Below are positions 24,652 through 35,803 of a stretch of DNA of 64,000 nucleotides, piece by piece. The DNA lies in assembly GCA_963708135.1 (NCBI GenBank), contig OY970192.1, positions 2,432,001 to 2,496,000 on the forward strand. Reading direction: 5' to 3'. Every line of letters begins with the position of its first letter. The stretch's first letter is position 1. This DNA is from an uncultured Gemmatimonadales bacterium. GTDB lineage: Bacteria > Gemmatimonadota > Gemmatimonadetes > Longimicrobiales > RSA9. The notes under the pieces were generated by a model. That model made no database searches. It saw nothing but the letters and a program-made list of their open reading frames with translations, and had not been told where the DNA came from. The translations under genes were made by a program, and so were the position numbers.

Positions 24652-26013
24652 TCACGTCGCCGCGACCTTCTCTTTCGTGTACGTCGTCAGCTTCGACTTC
24701 AGGTCCTTCTGCGTCATGCCCAGAATCTTGGCCGTCTTCCTGTGGTCCCCGCCCGTGAAGGCGAACGTCTTCAGGATCAGCAGCCGCTCCGCGTCGCCGA
24801 GCGAGCTGCCGACCGGCACGTAGACCTCCCGCTCCTCCATGCTCGCGTTGCGCGGCTGCAGGTCCGCGGCCTCGATCCGCTCGCCGCGCGCCAGGATCAC
24901 GGCCCGCTCGATCGCGTTCTTCAGCTCCCGCACGTTGCCCGGCCAGCGATACGTCTCGATGTACTCGATCGCCCCCTCGCCGAGCCCCTCCAGCTTCTTG
25001 CCGTGGTGTTCGCCGAAGCGCCCCAGGAACTCCTCCGCCAGCAGCAGCACGTCCCCGCCCCGCTCCCTGAGCGGCGGCAGGAACATCGGGATCACCGCCA
25101 GCCGGTGGTAGAGGTCCTCGCGCAGATCGCCGTCCTTCAGTGCGTCGTCGATGTTCTTGTTCGTGGCGGCCACCACCCGGATGTCCACCTGGATCTCCTT
25201 CTTCCCGCCCAGCCGCCGGAACGAGCGCTGCTCGAGCGCGCGCAGGAACTTCACCTGTACGTCCGGCTCCATCTCGGCCACCTCGTCCAGGAACAGCGTG
25301 CCGCCGTCCGCCAGCTCGAACGCGCCGGGCTTCTCGGCGATCGCCCCCGTGAACGCTCCCTTCTCGTGGCCGAACAGCTCGTTCTCCAGGATCTCGCGCG
25401 GGAACGCGCCGCAGTTCAGCGCGATGAACGGCCCCTTCGCGCGCGTCAACTTCTGGTGGAGCGCCCGGGCGACGAGCTCCTTCCCCGTCCCGCTCTCGCC
25501 CACGATGAGCACGCTCGCATCCGACGGAGCGACCGCCTCGATCACCGTGTAGATCTCCCGCATCTCCTCCGACTGCCCCAGCATCTCGCCGAAGCGCGTC
25601 AGGCTCTCCAGCCGCTTCTGCAGCTGCTTGTTGGCCGTCCGCACCTGGTACTTCTCCAGCGCCCGCGGGATCAGCGCCTTCAGCCGCTCCAGGTCGAGCG
25701 GCTTCGGCAGGTAGTCGTACGCGCCGTTGCGCATCGCCTCCACCGCGTCCGCCACCGTCCCCTTGCCCGTGATGAAGATCACCTCGCTGTCGATCTTCTC
25801 CTCGCGCATTTTCGCGAACAGCTCCAGCCCGTCGATGCGCGGCATCTTCAGGTCGGCCAGCACCAGACCGTACTCCACCGCCTGCACCTTCTCCAGCGCC
25901 TCCCTCCCGTCCGCGGCCGTGTCAGCCTCGTAGCCCTCCTCCTGGAGGAGCATCTGGAGACCTTCGGCAATGTGCCGTTCGTCGTCCGCGATCAGCAGCT
26001 TGGGTTGGCTCAT
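24652..26013 (-). CDS. sigma54-dependent response regulator (NtrC family)
   Basis: Receiver domain (ADDE, DLKMP, KP), AAA+ GESGTGKE, GAFTGA, WPGNVREL, C-terminal Fis-like HTH. Confidence 0.95.
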   Translation of the reverse strand: MSQPKLLIADDERHIAEGLQMLLQEEGYEADTAADGREALEKVQAVEYGLVLADLKMPRIDGLELFAKMREEKIDSEVIFITGKGTVADAVEAMRNGAYDYLPKPLDLERLKALIPRALEKYQVRTANKQLQKRLESLTRFGEMLGQSEEMREIYTVIEAVAPSDASVLIVGESGTGKELVARALHQKLTRAKGPFIALNCGAFPREILENELFGHEKGAFTGAIAEKPGAFELADGGTLFLDEVAEMEPDVQVKFLRALEQRSFRRLGGKKEIQVDIRVVAATNKNIDDALKDGDLREDLYHRLAVIPMFLPPLRERGGDVLLLAEEFLGRFGEHHGKKLEGLGEGAIEYIETYRWPGNVRELKNAIERAVILARGERIEAADLQPRNASMEEREVYVPVGSSLGDAERLLILKTFAFTGGDHRKTAKILGMTQKDLKSKLTTYTKEKVAAT

Positions 26014-26073
26014 ACGCTCCGCATGCAGATTCCGTGGGTACCGCCTGAAAGTTGACCGCCGCCGACGACCCGG

Positions 26074-26799
26074 TCAAGCACGCCCGGCAAGCGGCACCGA
26101 CAGCGTGAACGCGACGCCCCGCCCCTCCAGCCCCGGCGCCTCCTCCAGCAGCACCGTCCCGCCCGCCGCCGCCGCCAGGTGGCACGCCACCGCCAGTCCC
26201 AGTCCGCGCCGGCCCGGCCGCGAGGAGACCCCCGGCTCGCCCAGCCGCTGCCGCAGCGACGCCTCGATCCCCGGCCCGTCATCGGCCACCCGCACGCGCG
26301 CCACCCCGCTCCCCACCACCACCGCCACGGACACGCGCCCACCCCCACTCGCGGCATCCAGCCCGTTCAGCACCAGGTTCAGCACCACGTGGCGCAACGC
26401 GTGCTTCGCCATCGCGACGCGCGGGCCCAGCCCCGGCGAGGTGTATTCCACGTCAACGCGGGCGAGCTTGCCGAGCACCTCCACGAGCGGAACGATCTCC
26501 TCGAGCGCGGCCGCCAGGTCGCTCTCCGCCTCCTCGTCGCGGGGCGGCCGGATCACGCGCAGCAGCTGCTCGACGAGGGCGTTCACCCGCCGCATCTCGG
26601 TCTCCAGGATGCCGACGCGCTCGAGCGCGTCGGCGCCGCGGTCCGCCTCCACACGACGCCGCAGCAACTCGAGGTTGATCACCATGGCGTGCAGCGGGTT
26701 CTTGATCTCGTGCGCGAGGTCGTCCGCCAGCCGGCTGACCAGATCCAGCCGGTTGGCCTGCACCTCCAGGACACTCACCTGCGTCGCCTGGCCGATCAC
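26074..26799 (-). CDS. histidine kinase (HisKA+HATPase only; start uncertain, 26799-26865)
   Basis: LAHEIKNPL, NLVLNGLDA, DDGPGI, GLGL. Confidence 0.85.
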   Translation of the reverse strand: MIGQATQVSVLEVQANRLDLVSRLADDLAHEIKNPLHAMVINLELLRRRVEADRGADALERVGILETEMRRVNALVEQLLRVIRPPRDEEAESDLAAALEEIVPLVEVLGKLARVDVEYTSPGLGPRVAMAKHALRHVVLNLVLNGLDAASGGGRVSVAVVVGSGVARVRVADDGPGIEASLRQRLGEPGVSSRPGRRGLGLAVACHLAAAAGGTVLLEEAPGLEGRGVAFTLSVPLAGRA

Positions 26800-26871
26800 G
26801 GTCTCGGAGTCGGGGTCTGGGTCATGGGTCGATGGCGAGGATGCTGCACGATCCGTTCCCCCCACCGCGCC

Positions 26872-27726
26872 TCAGGAAGGCACGCGCGAATCCCGCTCCG
26901 CCGCCGCCTCGCGCGCCACCTGCGCCCAGTAGGGGCCCGCGAGCGACGTGGCCGCGTGCCGCGCCTCCGCCGGGAACACCCGGCCGTCCAGCGAGCGGAA
27001 CGGCACGATGCCGAGCGAGGACATGGTGGCGAACGCCTCCTCCGCGCCGTCCAGCGCGCCGCGCGGGAAGCTCCCCTCCTCGACGCTGAGCCCGAGGCCG
27101 GGCGCCAGCTCGAGCAGCGCCGCGCGCGTCACGCCTTCGAGCAGCCCCAGCGCCGCGGCCGGCGTGTAGAGCACATCGCCGCGTCGCCAGAACACGTTCC
27201 AGCTCGGCCCCTCGGCCACGGCCCCCTCCTCGCAGAGGAGCAGCGCGTCCTCGGCGCCGGCGCGGCGCGCCTCCAGCCGTGCCAGCAGCCCGTGCAGCCG
27301 TCCGAGCGTCTTCAGACGCGAGAGCGGGCCGGGCGGCGGGTGCCGGACCGCCGCCGTCGCGATCGTCCAGCCGGCCGCGGCGCGCTCGCGCCAGTCCGCC
27401 GGCAGCGGCGCGAGGGTTCCGAGCACGGTGGGCCCGGCGCCGGGCCGTCCGCGCGTGATCGTGAGGCGGAGCCCCGCCTCCTCGATGGCGTTACGCTCCG
27501 CCAGCCCGACGGCGATGGTGCGCAGCGTATCGGCCGGCGGCAGTGGGATCTCGAGCGCGGCCGCGCCGGCGGCGAGGCGTTCGAGGTGGCGCCCGAGTCG
27601 GAAGTAGCCGCCGCGGTGCAGCCGGGCGGTCTCGAAGAGGGCGTCGCCGTGGAGGAACCCGCGGTCGTCGATCGGGATACACGCGTCCGCCGCGTCCAGC
27701 CAGCGGCCGTCGAGATGGACGATCAC
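26872..27726 (-). CDS. class IV PLP-dependent aminotransferase (PabC/IlvE-like)
   Basis: DRGFLHGDALFET, HLERL, RLKT, AEGPSWNVF, LEGVTR. Confidence 0.88.
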   Translation of the reverse strand: MIVHLDGRWLDAADACIPIDDRGFLHGDALFETARLHRGGYFRLGRHLERLAAGAAALEIPLPPADTLRTIAVGLAERNAIEEAGLRLTITRGRPGAGPTVLGTLAPLPADWRERAAAGWTIATAAVRHPPPGPLSRLKTLGRLHGLLARLEARRAGAEDALLLCEEGAVAEGPSWNVFWRRGDVLYTPAAALGLLEGVTRAALLELAPGLGLSVEEGSFPRGALDGAEEAFATMSSLGIVPFRSLDGRVFPAEARHAATSLAGPYWAQVAREAAAERDSRVPS

Positions 27727-27748
27727 GCGCCGATCGCGGGGGGCCGCG

Positions 27749-29146
<1,398 letters not shown>

Positions 29147-29168
29147 GAGACCCCCTGGTGTCACGACG

Positions 29169-29948
29169 CTAGATCTCGACGGCGAGGCCGTCGTAGGCGG
29201 GCTCCACCCCGGCGGGCAGGCGCGCGGCCAGCTCGGCGTGCACCAGACGGTGCGTCAGGTGGGTCAGATAGGTACGCTCCGCGCCGACGGCCGCCGCCGC
29301 CGCCAGCGCTTCCTCGATGTTGAGGTGGGTGGGGTGCGGGCGCCCGAACCAGAGCGCGTTCAGCACCAGCACGCGCACACCCGCGAGCGCCTCCAGCGTG
29401 CGCGGCGGCAGCGACTTGGCATCCGTGACGTAGCCGAGCGCTCCGGCCCGGAAGCCGTACGCCTCCATGTCGCCGTGCGGCACGGGGAGCGGCGTCATCT
29501 CGAGCCCCGCCACCCGAAGCGGGACGTAGGGCTGGTAGCTCTGCAGCCGGATCTCCGGCCGCGTGGTGCCCTCCGGCGGGCGGTAGTCGCGGTCGAAGAT
29601 GTAGCCGAACTTCTCGCGCAGAACCCGCGCGCACTCGGGGTCGGCGTACGCGGGCAGCGCCGCCGTCCCGCGCACGGAGAAGACGCGCAGGTCGTCGATG
29701 CCGTGGATGTGGTCCGCGTGGCAGTGCGTGTAGTAGACGGCGTCCACGCGGTCCACTCCCGCGGCCAGCAGCTGGAGCCTCAGCTCCGGCGGCGTGTCGA
29801 CGAGGACGGCCGCGCCGTCGTCCGTCTCGAGCAGCGCGCCGTGCCGCGAGCGGCGGTCGTGCGGGTCGGCCGAGGTGCACGCCGCGCAGCGGCAGCCAAC
29901 CACCGGGATCCCGAAGGAGGTCCCGGTGCCGAGGAAGGTGAGCCTCAC
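29169..29948 (-). CDS. MBL-fold metallo-hydrolase (PhnP-like)
   Basis: VRLTFLGTGTSFGIPVVGCRCAAC, THCHADHIHGIDD, YLTHLTH, AYDG; GTGA overlap with pyk. Confidence 0.9.
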   Translation of the reverse strand: MRLTFLGTGTSFGIPVVGCRCAACTSADPHDRRSRHGALLETDDGAAVLVDTPPELRLQLLAAGVDRVDAVYYTHCHADHIHGIDDLRVFSVRGTAALPAYADPECARVLREKFGYIFDRDYRPPEGTTRPEIRLQSYQPYVPLRVAGLEMTPLPVPHGDMEAYGFRAGALGYVTDAKSLPPRTLEALAGVRVLVLNALWFGRPHPTHLNIEEALAAAAAVGAERTYLTHLTHRLVHAELAARLPAGVEPAYDGLAVEI

Positions 29949-31357
29949 AGCTCCTCGACCTTCAGCATGTTGGTCGTCCCCGGCACGTGGAAGGGGACTC
30001 CGGCCGTGACCACGATCCGCTGCCCCTCGTGCGCCAGGCCGCTCTCGAGCAGCCGCTCGCGCGCGCACGCCAGCATGTTGTCGTACGTCACCTCTCCGTG
30101 GCAGAGCACCGGCGTCACGCCCCACACCAGCGCCAGCTGGCGGTAGGTCCGCTCCTGGTCGCTCACGCCCAGGATCGGGACCGGCGGCCGGTAGCTCGAG
30201 ACCAGCCGCGCCGAGAAGCCCGTGCGCGTGAACGTCACGATCGCCGGCGCGCCCAGCAGGCTCGCCGCTTCCACCGTAGCCGCCGAGATGGCGTGCTCGG
30301 TGGGCGTGGCGCCCGCGCGCAGGTGGTCCAGCACCGGTACGTCGTATTTCGGCCCTTCGCCGTACGCCTGCGTGCGCTCGATCTCGCCGGCGATCCGCAC
30401 CATTGCCTCGACCGCGAGCAGCGGGTAGCGCCCCATGGCGGTCTCCCCGGACAGCATCACCGCGTCCGTACCGTCGAAGAGGGCGTTCGCGACGTCGCTC
30501 GTCTCCGCCCGCGTCGGACGCGGGTTCTCGATCATCGACTCCAGCATCTGCGTGGCCGTGATCACGGGGCGGCCGTACAGGTTGGCGTACTGCACGATGC
30601 GCTTCTGCGCGATCGGCACCTGCTCGAAGGGCAGCTCCACGCCCAGGTCGCCGCGGGCGACCATCACCGCGTCCGTCTCCGCGAGGATCGACTCGAGGTT
30701 CTCCAGCGCCGTGTCCTTCTCGATCTTGGCCACGATCAGCATGCCCTTCGGGATCCGGCCGCGCAGGTCCACCACGTCCTCCGCCCGCTGCACGAAGCTC
30801 AGCCCTATGTAGTCCACCCCGTGCTCGACCGCGAACGCCAGGTCCGTCAGGTCCTTGGGCGTCAGCGCGGGCGCGCTCACGCGCACGCCCGGCAGGTTCA
30901 TCCCCTTGTGCTCCTTCAGCAGCCCCCCGCGGATCACGCGCGCGAGCACCCGCGGCGGCCGCACCTCCTCGACCCGCAGCTCCATGAGCCCGTCGTCCAG
31001 GAGCACGCGGTCTCCCGGCGCCACGTCCCCCGCGAGCCCCGCGTACGTCGTCGGCAGCTCGTCGCCCGAGGCCTGCTCCTCCGGCGCCAGCGTGACGTGC
31101 TGCTGCTCGCGCAGCTCGAGCGGCGCCGGCAGCGCGCCGATCCGGATCTTCGGCCCACCCAGGTCCGCCAGCACCGCCATCGGCTTGCCCATCACCCGCG
31201 ACGCCTCCCGCACCCACTCCACCACCTGCGCGTGCGTCTCGTGCGCGCCGTGCGCGAAGTTCACCCGCACGACGTCCACGCCCAGCTCCGCCAGCGCGTG
31301 GATCCGGTCCCGCTCGGCCGTGGCCGGCCCTATGGTCGCAACGATCTTGGTTCGCAC
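29945..31357 (-). CDS. pyk: pyruvate kinase
   Basis: RTKIVATIGP, VAKIE, MVARGDLGVE, ATQMLESM, DAVMLSGETA. Confidence 0.97.
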   Translation of the reverse strand: MRTKIVATIGPATAERDRIHALAELGVDVVRVNFAHGAHETHAQVVEWVREASRVMGKPMAVLADLGGPKIRIGALPAPLELREQQHVTLAPEEQASGDELPTTYAGLAGDVAPGDRVLLDDGLMELRVEEVRPPRVLARVIRGGLLKEHKGMNLPGVRVSAPALTPKDLTDLAFAVEHGVDYIGLSFVQRAEDVVDLRGRIPKGMLIVAKIEKDTALENLESILAETDAVMVARGDLGVELPFEQVPIAQKRIVQYANLYGRPVITATQMLESMIENPRPTRAETSDVANALFDGTDAVMLSGETAMGRYPLLAVEAMVRIAGEIERTQAYGEGPKYDVPVLDHLRAGATPTEHAISAATVEAASLLGAPAIVTFTRTGFSARLVSSYRPPVPILGVSDQERTYRQLALVWGVTPVLCHGEVTYDNMLACARERLLESGLAHEGQRIVVTAGVPFHVPGTTNMLKVEEL

Positions 31358-31398
31358 CCCGACTCCCGTCCCACTTCACCGGTCCATGTCCCGCGGCG

Positions 31399-33057
31399 TC
31401 AGCCGCGCTCGTTCCACACCACCACCCCGCCCACCACCGCCGCCACGCAGCGGAGCGACAGCAGCTCCGCCCCCGCCGCCTCGAGCGGGTCGCGGTCCCA
31501 CGCGGCGAAGTCCGCATCGGCGCCGGCGGCGAGGTGGCCCCGCGTCACCTGGAGCCCGGCGGCCCGCGCCGCGCCCCGGGTGTAGCCGGCCAGCGTCTCG
31601 GCCATCCCGATCCGCTCCTCCGGGTGCCAGCCCCCCGCCGGCCCGCCCTCCGCATCCTGCCGCGCGGTGGCGCCCAGGAACCCGAGCCGCGGATCCACCG
31701 GCTCGACCGGCGCATCCGAGCCGAAGGCCAGCGTCGCGCCCGCCCGCGCGAGCGAGCCGAACGCGTACGCGCCGCGGCAGCGCGCCTCGCCCCAGTGCCG
31801 GTCCGCGGCCCGCCAGTCCGTGCACAGGTGGGCCGGCTGCATCGAGCAGACGATCCCCGCCCGCGCCGCGTCGCCGAAGCGCTCCGGCGGGCAGAGCTGC
31901 ACGTGCTCGATCCGGTGCGGCAGCGCGAGCCCGCTCCCGCCCACGCGAGCCAGCACGTCCAGGGCCAGCTCGACGGCCGCGTCCCCGATCGCGTGCACCG
32001 TGGTGGCCAGCCCGCCCGCCACGGCGCGCGCCACCGCCGCCTCGAACTCCTCTGGCGCGAGGACGCGGATCCCGCGCTCCGACGCCGTACCCTCGTACGG
32101 CTCGCGCAGCCACGCCGTGCGCGAGCCGAGCGCGCCGTCCAGAAACATCTTCACCCCGCCCACGCGCAGCCACTCGCCGCCGAAGCCGCTCCGGAGGCCC
32201 AGCCGGAGCGCGTCGTCGAGCCGCTCGAGCGGAAGCTGCTGGAGCACCCGGAGCCGCAGCAGGTCCTCCGCCCGCAGCGCCTCGAGCAGCGCCAGCGGCT
32301 CGGGGCCCGTCAGGTGGATGTTCGGGAACGAGTGGACACCCGTGATCCCCAGCCGGTGCAGCGCCGCCTGCGCGTCGAGAACGAGCGAGCGAGCCTCCGC
32401 CGGCGCGGGCGCCGGCACCGTCCGCGTTACGAGCTGCGCGGCCGCCTCGAGCAGCACGCCCGTCGGCGCGCCGCGCGCGTCGCGCACGATCCGGCCGCCC
32501 TCGGGATCGGGCGTGTCCGCTCCGATCCCGCACGCTTCGAGCGCCCGGGTGTTGACCCACAGCGCGTGCATGTCGTGGCTCTGGAGCGCGACCGGCCGGT
32601 CGGCCACCGCCGCGTCCAGCACGAGGCGGTCCGGGTAGCCCCCACCCCAGTGGTGCGGATTCCACCCCCGTCCGAGGAGCCAGCCGCCGGGGAAACCGCG
32701 GCCGGCCGCGGGTCGATCGCCGGCGCCGGCCGCGTCGCCGACGCCGCCCGCCCCCGCGCCGCCGCTGCCTGCGCGGCGGCCGGCGAGCGCGTCCGCGCAC
32801 GCCTCGGGTGTGCGGGCCCGGGCGAGGTCCACCTCGCGGCGGGAGACCGCCCACTCGAGCAGGTGCAGGTGGGAGTCCGTCAGGCCGGGAGTGAGGGTGG
32901 TGCCGCGCAGGTCGAGCACCGCGGCGCCGGGCGCCTCGCGCCGCAGCGCGTCCCGGCTGCCGCCGGCGATGATGCGGCCGCGCCGCACGAGCAGCGCCTG
33001 CGCGGGCGCGGAGGCGCGATCCAGCGTGTGGACCCGGTCGGCGAGGACGAGCAGCAC
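31399..33057 (-). CDS. amidohydrolase (YtcJ-like, Amidohydro_3)
   Basis: PGLTDSHLH, KMFLDGALGSRTA, HAIGD, HRIEH, AFGSDAPV. Confidence 0.9.
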   Translation of the reverse strand: MLLVLADRVHTLDRASAPAQALLVRRGRIIAGGSRDALRREAPGAAVLDLRGTTLTPGLTDSHLHLLEWAVSRREVDLARARTPEACADALAGRRAGSGGAGAGGVGDAAGAGDRPAAGRGFPGGWLLGRGWNPHHWGGGYPDRLVLDAAVADRPVALQSHDMHALWVNTRALEACGIGADTPDPEGGRIVRDARGAPTGVLLEAAAQLVTRTVPAPAPAEARSLVLDAQAALHRLGITGVHSFPNIHLTGPEPLALLEALRAEDLLRLRVLQQLPLERLDDALRLGLRSGFGGEWLRVGGVKMFLDGALGSRTAWLREPYEGTASERGIRVLAPEEFEAAVARAVAGGLATTVHAIGDAAVELALDVLARVGGSGLALPHRIEHVQLCPPERFGDAARAGIVCSMQPAHLCTDWRAADRHWGEARCRGAYAFGSLARAGATLAFGSDAPVEPVDPRLGFLGATARQDAEGGPAGGWHPEERIGMAETLAGYTRGAARAAGLQVTRGHLAAGADADFAAWDRDPLEAAGAELLSLRCVAAVVGGVVVWNERG

Positions 33058-33078
33058 GGTGGCCTCCGGGCTCCGCCC

Positions 33079-34005
33079 TCAGCGCTCCGCCGCGGCCGTG
33101 CCCTCGACGCCCTCGTAGACGATGCGCGAGAGGTCACCGATGAGCACGGCGGCGTCGTTGTCGAGGCGCCAGCTCCGGTCCTGGTTCTCCTTCGTCAGCA
33201 CCGCCAGCACATAGTCGCGCGACTTGGCGTACACGATGGCGACGTCGTTGCGCGTCGCGTCCGTCTCGCCGGTCTTGTGCGCGACCGTCGCATCCGGGGG
33301 CAGGTAGCGCGGAATCTCGATCTGCCCGGCCATCTGCTTCTTCAGCATGTCAACCATCTGCGTGGAGGCGTCGGGGGAGACGGCCGTGCCGTCGTAGATC
33401 ACGGCCATGAGCTTCGCGATCTCGAGCGGCGTGGTCGAGCCGAGGCCGTACTTCGCCGACGAGTCCGGGTTGATGGTCGTGCGCGCGCGCTCGAAGACCT
33501 TGGCCCACAGGCGCGTATGCCCGAGCCCGAGCGAGTCCATGCGCGCGTTCACCGCGCGGATCCCGAGCTTGCTCACGAGCAGATTGGTGGCCGTGTTGTC
33601 GCTCACGGCGATCATCAGCGTGGCCGCGTCCTTCACGGTCAGCTCGTGCGGCGCGTGCAGGAACTGCAGCACTCCCGAGCCGGGCTCCCGATCGCCCGCC
33701 AGCATGAGCAGCGGATCGTCGAGATGGATGCTGCCGAGGCGCACACGGTGGAAAAGCTCGGTCAGAACCCCTAGCTTGATCACGCTCGCGGTCGGGAACG
33801 TCTCGTCGCCGCGGATGGCCAGGGTCTCGCCGGTCTTCGGATCGATGAGCGCGAGGCCGACCACGCCGTGGTGCTGGGCGATCCTCGCCTCGAGCGCCGG
33901 TCGCAGCGCCGAGAACGGCTGCTGCGCGCCGGCCTCGCGGGGCCCCGCCAGGAGCGCCACGACGGCGACGGCGGCGGGCATGCGGAGCGCGAGGGGCACG
34001 CGCAT
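33079..34005 (-). CDS. secreted serine hydrolase, class A beta-lactamase-like fold
   Basis: Signal peptide; ASVIK (SxxK), SDN and HKTG motifs. Confidence 0.88.
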   Translation of the reverse strand: MRVPLALRMPAAVAVVALLAGPREAGAQQPFSALRPALEARIAQHHGVVGLALIDPKTGETLAIRGDETFPTASVIKLGVLTELFHRVRLGSIHLDDPLLMLAGDREPGSGVLQFLHAPHELTVKDAATLMIAVSDNTATNLLVSKLGIRAVNARMDSLGLGHTRLWAKVFERARTTINPDSSAKYGLGSTTPLEIAKLMAVIYDGTAVSPDASTQMVDMLKKQMAGQIEIPRYLPPDATVAHKTGETDATRNDVAIVYAKSRDYVLAVLTKENQDRSWRLDNDAAVLIGDLSRIVYEGVEGTAAAER

Positions 34006-34150
34006 CGGGAACTCCTCCCTGCCTCGTGAGCGGTGCGGTGCTTCGGGTGCCGCGGCGCCGGCCGGACGCGGCATTCGAGCGGCGCCGGAACACTAGTCGC
34101 GCCACGCACGCGGCGCAAACGGGCAGACTCCTTGCACGCGCCGGGGGCGC

Positions 34151-35272
34151 ATGGACACCGTTCACACCGAAGAACAGGTCTCGGCGCTGGCCGGGCGCCT
34201 GGCCAACGAGCCGCTCGTCGCCGCCGACACCGAGGCGGCCGGCTACCACAGGTACCACGACAGGATCTGCCTGCTGCAGCTCTCGACGCGGCGCGAGACC
34301 TTCCTCGTGGACACCCTCGCGCTCGGCGACCTAGACCCGCTCGCCCCCCTCTTCGAGCGTTTCGCCACCGAGGTCGTCTTCCACGACGCCGACTACGACC
34401 TGCGCCTCCTCTCGCGCGACTTCGGCATCGAGGTGCACGCCCTCTTCGACACCAAGATCGCCGCCCAGATGCTCGGCGAGCCCGCCTTCGGCCTGGCCAA
34501 CCTGCTGGAGAAGCACCTGGGCCTGCGGCTCGAGAAGAAGCACCAGCGCGCCGACTGGGCGCAGCGGCCGCTGCCCCGAGACATGCTCGAGTACGCCGCC
34601 GAGGACACGCGCTCACTACCCGCGCTGCGCGACCGGCTGAAGGAGCTCCTGGAGGAGAGGGGCCGGTTGGGCTGGGCCGAGGAGGAGTTCAGGGTGCAGG
34701 AAACCGTGCGCTGGACCACCGCGCCCGACGATCCCGACGCGTTCCTGCGCCTCAAGGGCACGCGCGAGCTCAAGCCCCGCCAGCTCGCCGCGCTGCGCGA
34801 GCTCTACGCCTGGCGCGAGGAGGAGGCCTCCGCCCGCGACCGCGCGAGCTTCCGCGTCATGGGCAACGACGCGCTGCTCGCCGTCGCCCGCGAGATGCCG
34901 GCCGCGCGCGGCGCGCTCGAGGACGTGAAGGGCCTGCCCCGCTCCTACGTCGAGCGCTTCGGCCCCGAGCTGCTCTCCGCCGTCCGCCGCGCGCGCGCCC
35001 TGCCGGACACCGAGCTGCCGGTCCGCCGCCGCGGCCCCTCTCGCCCGCCGCCCGACCCCGAGCTCGACGCCCTGCTCGATCGCCTGAAGGGTGCCCGCGA
35101 CCGAGCCGCCGAGGAGCTCGGCCTCGACCGCGGCTTCCTCATGCCCCGCTCCCAGCTCGAGGAGCTCGCCCGCGCCCACCCCTCCTCCCGGGAGCAGATG
35201 GCCGCCCTCCCCGGCTTCCGCCACTGGCAGGTCGAGGCCGCCGGCACGCTGCTCATGAAGGTGCTGGGCTGA
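34151..35272 (+). CDS. rnd: ribonuclease D
   Basis: DEDDy motifs ADTE, FHDADYD, DWAQRPL...YAAED; HRDC region. Confidence 0.92.
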   Translation: MDTVHTEEQVSALAGRLANEPLVAADTEAAGYHRYHDRICLLQLSTRRETFLVDTLALGDLDPLAPLFERFATEVVFHDADYDLRLLSRDFGIEVHALFDTKIAAQMLGEPAFGLANLLEKHLGLRLEKKHQRADWAQRPLPRDMLEYAAEDTRSLPALRDRLKELLEERGRLGWAEEEFRVQETVRWTTAPDDPDAFLRLKGTRELKPRQLAALRELYAWREEEASARDRASFRVMGNDALLAVAREMPAARGALEDVKGLPRSYVERFGPELLSAVRRARALPDTELPVRRRGPSRPPPDPELDALLDRLKGARDRAAEELGLDRGFLMPRSQLEELARAHPSSREQMAALPGFRHWQVEAAGTLLMKVLG

Positions 35273-35296
35273 ATCTCCGTCCCCGCCTCCACTCCA

Positions 35297-35520
35297 GAGT
35301 GGGAGAGTGGGAGAGTGGGAGACCGGGCGACGCTCGCCGCCGCCGACCGCGCCCGGGCCGCTCCTGCCCTCCGGCGGTTCCACGCTCGCCCCTCTCACCC
35401 CCCTGCCTCCCTGCCGCTGCCCCTGCCCCCTCCACCTCCACCTCCACCTGAACCTGCCCCTGCCTTCCGTTTCTGCCTTCTGCCCCTCCACCTCCACGTA
35501 CCCCTACCCCTACCCCTCCG
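35297..35520. repeat. intergenic composite repeat region
   Basis: (GAGTGGGA)x3 then C-rich hexamer runs. Includes the 31-mer CCTGAACCnnCCCCTGCCTTCCGTTTCTGCC, also present at 55471-55501. Confidence 0.75.
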
Positions 35521-35525
35521 CGGGC

Positions 35526-35753
35526 CTACTGGTCGAGGTACCAGACGCTCAGGATGATCTCCCTGTCCCCCGCGCCGCCGCTCCCGGGAATCACCGACTG
35601 CCGGACCTCCACGATCTCGCGCTGCGGCCGCGCGCCCAGCCACGCGTTCACCGACTTCTCCAGCGCCTCCAGCCCTCGCTCGTTGAAGAACTTCACCTGC
35701 ATCGCGCGCCCGGCGCCGGAATGCGACGGGACCGACGGGATCTCGAACGTCAT
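35526..35753 (-). CDS. small protein, Cse60/DUF2758-like pattern
   Basis: [33 protein letters not shown]...EIVEVRQSV...IILSVWY. Confidence 0.7.
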   Translation of the reverse strand: MTFEIPSVPSHSGAGRAMQVKFFNERGLEALEKSVNAWLGARPQREIVEVRQSVIPGSGGAGDREIILSVWYLDQ

Positions 35754-35803
35754 GCGCTCCTCCTCGCGTTCGTGCCTGCCCGGCCGCGCCGGGCGGCCGC
35801 GGC

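Noticed and set aside
33079..34005. Functional class A beta-lactamase resistance gene
   Set aside because: SxxK, SDN and KTG are present, but I see no ExxLN omega-loop motif; more likely a related serine hydrolase.
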